A stretch of DNA of 64,000 bases from a virus (lineage: Duplodnaviria; Caudoviricetes). Below the pieces are notes generated by a model. It searched no databases. It was not told the origin of the DNA and saw only the letters and a program-made list of their open reading frames with translations. Positions 63,060 through 64,000 of the stretch are shown in pieces. The position numbers and the translations under genes were made by a program. Each line of letters starts with the position of its first letter. Within the stretch, counting starts at the first letter, position 1. Where the stretch lies: positions 1 through 64,000 of IMG/VR virus record IMGVR_UViG_3300044711_000095; one strand, written 5' to 3'.

Positions 63060-63236
63060 GCCGGCGACTCTCCGTACCGGATCAGTAACCCCCGGGCGAT
63101 AGTGGGAGGTGGAAGGCACGTCCCCAGACCCCGGACGGAGACCCCACGCATGTGCAGGTACGTCACCGCCAGGCAGCTCGCCAAGGGACCACTCCCACCC
63201 GAGCCGCCACCGAAACCCCGCCGCAGGAGGACCACC

Positions 63237-63401
63237 ATGACCAGCCCCCCCGAACCACCGTCCGACGCCGACCTCGCCGAAGGCATCGACGAGACATGGC
63301 TGACCGCCGAGGGCTCCCCGACCCCGAACCAGAAGGGCCACGCCGTCCTCGCGTACCTCCGTAGCCTCGGCTACCACCTGCCTACGAAGGACCGTCCGTG
63401 A
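63237..63401 (+). CDS. Small hypothetical protein
   Basis: AGGAGG RBS. Confidence 0.55.
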   Translation: MTSPPEPPSDADLAEGIDETWLTAEGSPTPNQKGHAVLAYLRSLGYHLPTKDRP

Positions 63402-63673
63402 AGCGCGCCCTGGCCGCGTGGATCCCGGCCCTGGCCCTGTACACGGTCGGCGTGTGGATGTGCTCCCACGGCGCCACCGGCCCGTCATGGCGGGGTGCCG
63501 CGTGGGCTGCGTGGATCCTCTCCGCCGGGATCGCCGCCGGGTTCGTGGCGGCGTTCTGGACGATGGTCGTGGCGTTCCGGGACGACCCGGGGCCCCAGAC
63601 CCGTGGGCGGCTGGACCCTGCCGTGTACTCCCAGGACGACCGGGACCTGTTCGACGACTGGAGACGCAAGTGA
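63398..63673 (+). CDS. Two-TM membrane protein
   Basis: GTGA overlaps; two hydrophobic helices. Confidence 0.6.
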   Translation: MKRALAAWIPALALYTVGVWMCSHGATGPSWRGAAWAAWILSAGIAAGFVAAFWTMVVAFRDDPGPQTRGRLDPAVYSQDDRDLFDDWRRK

Positions 63674-64000
63674 GCCGTATCTACTTTCATTCCCCCACCA
63701 ACGACGTCGAGGTGTCCGGCACCGAACGTGCATGGATGGGGTGCCTCACCGACGACATCGGCATGGCCACCCTCGACGGCGACCTCATCCGCCGCATCAG
63801 CGAGTTCTGCGACATCACCCTCTACGGGGCCAGCCCCGAACAGATCGGACTCAACGCCCGTCTCGCCGAACAGTTCAAACTCGCGTCCCGCTACTCCGGG
63901 TTCGACGACGCCGACGACCGCGGGTCCTGCCGCATGGCCTACCAGGGCCACCCGCTCCGCCCCGGGTCGATCAGCATCAACACGGCCCTCGCCGTCGGGT
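63670..64000 (+). CDS. Hypothetical protein (3'-truncated)
   Basis: MSRIYFHSPTNDVEVSGTERAWMG...; frame open to window end. Confidence 0.65.
   Translation, partial: MSRIYFHSPTNDVEVSGTERAWMGCLTDDIGMATLDGDLIRRISEFCDITLYGASPEQIGLNARLAEQFKLASRYSGFDDADDRGSCRMAYQGHPLRPGSISINTALAVG

Overview
This window (GC-rich, roughly 70% by eye) reads as most of a contractile-tailed actinobacterial phage or prophage genome; head/terminase genes and any integrase are not in the window. 1-13.3 kb is a myovirus tail operon: terminator, sheath, tube, -1 frameshifted chaperones, tape measure, LysM, hub-NlpC/P60, gp25, baseplate J/I and fiber, interrupted by an Asp-box beta-propeller gene. 13.4-19.2 kb holds an amidase endolysin, many membrane proteins, a GH18-like glycosidase and an orphan DUF397. 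19.3-23.1 kb is a leftward unit in which four tandem Y-RNA-like ncRNA units precede a Ro60/TROVE gene. The units share one closing scaffold but carry different inner domains: two circularly permuted tRNA mimics, one T-arm-only and one minimal. 23.2-48.3 kb is early/replication: XRE, Rad52-like annealase, Gam-like protein, oligoribonuclease, an initiator with internal palindromic iterons, helicase loader, DnaB, HNH, SNF2 helicase plus N6/N4 methylase, DnaN, a C5 methylase split by one in-frame TGA, RusA, SLOG and HIT. 49-59 kb is an actinomycete plasmid/AICE-like block: a GntR-containing multidomain regulator, a Xis-like gene, a TraB/FtsK translocase followed directly by a clt-like repeat array, and Spd-like membrane genes. 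59-64 kb holds small hypothetical genes. The two strongest leads are the Ro60 plus four-Y-RNA array and the TraB-clt-Spd mycelial transfer module within a phage. Family calls come from motif recognition by eye; no database searches were run.
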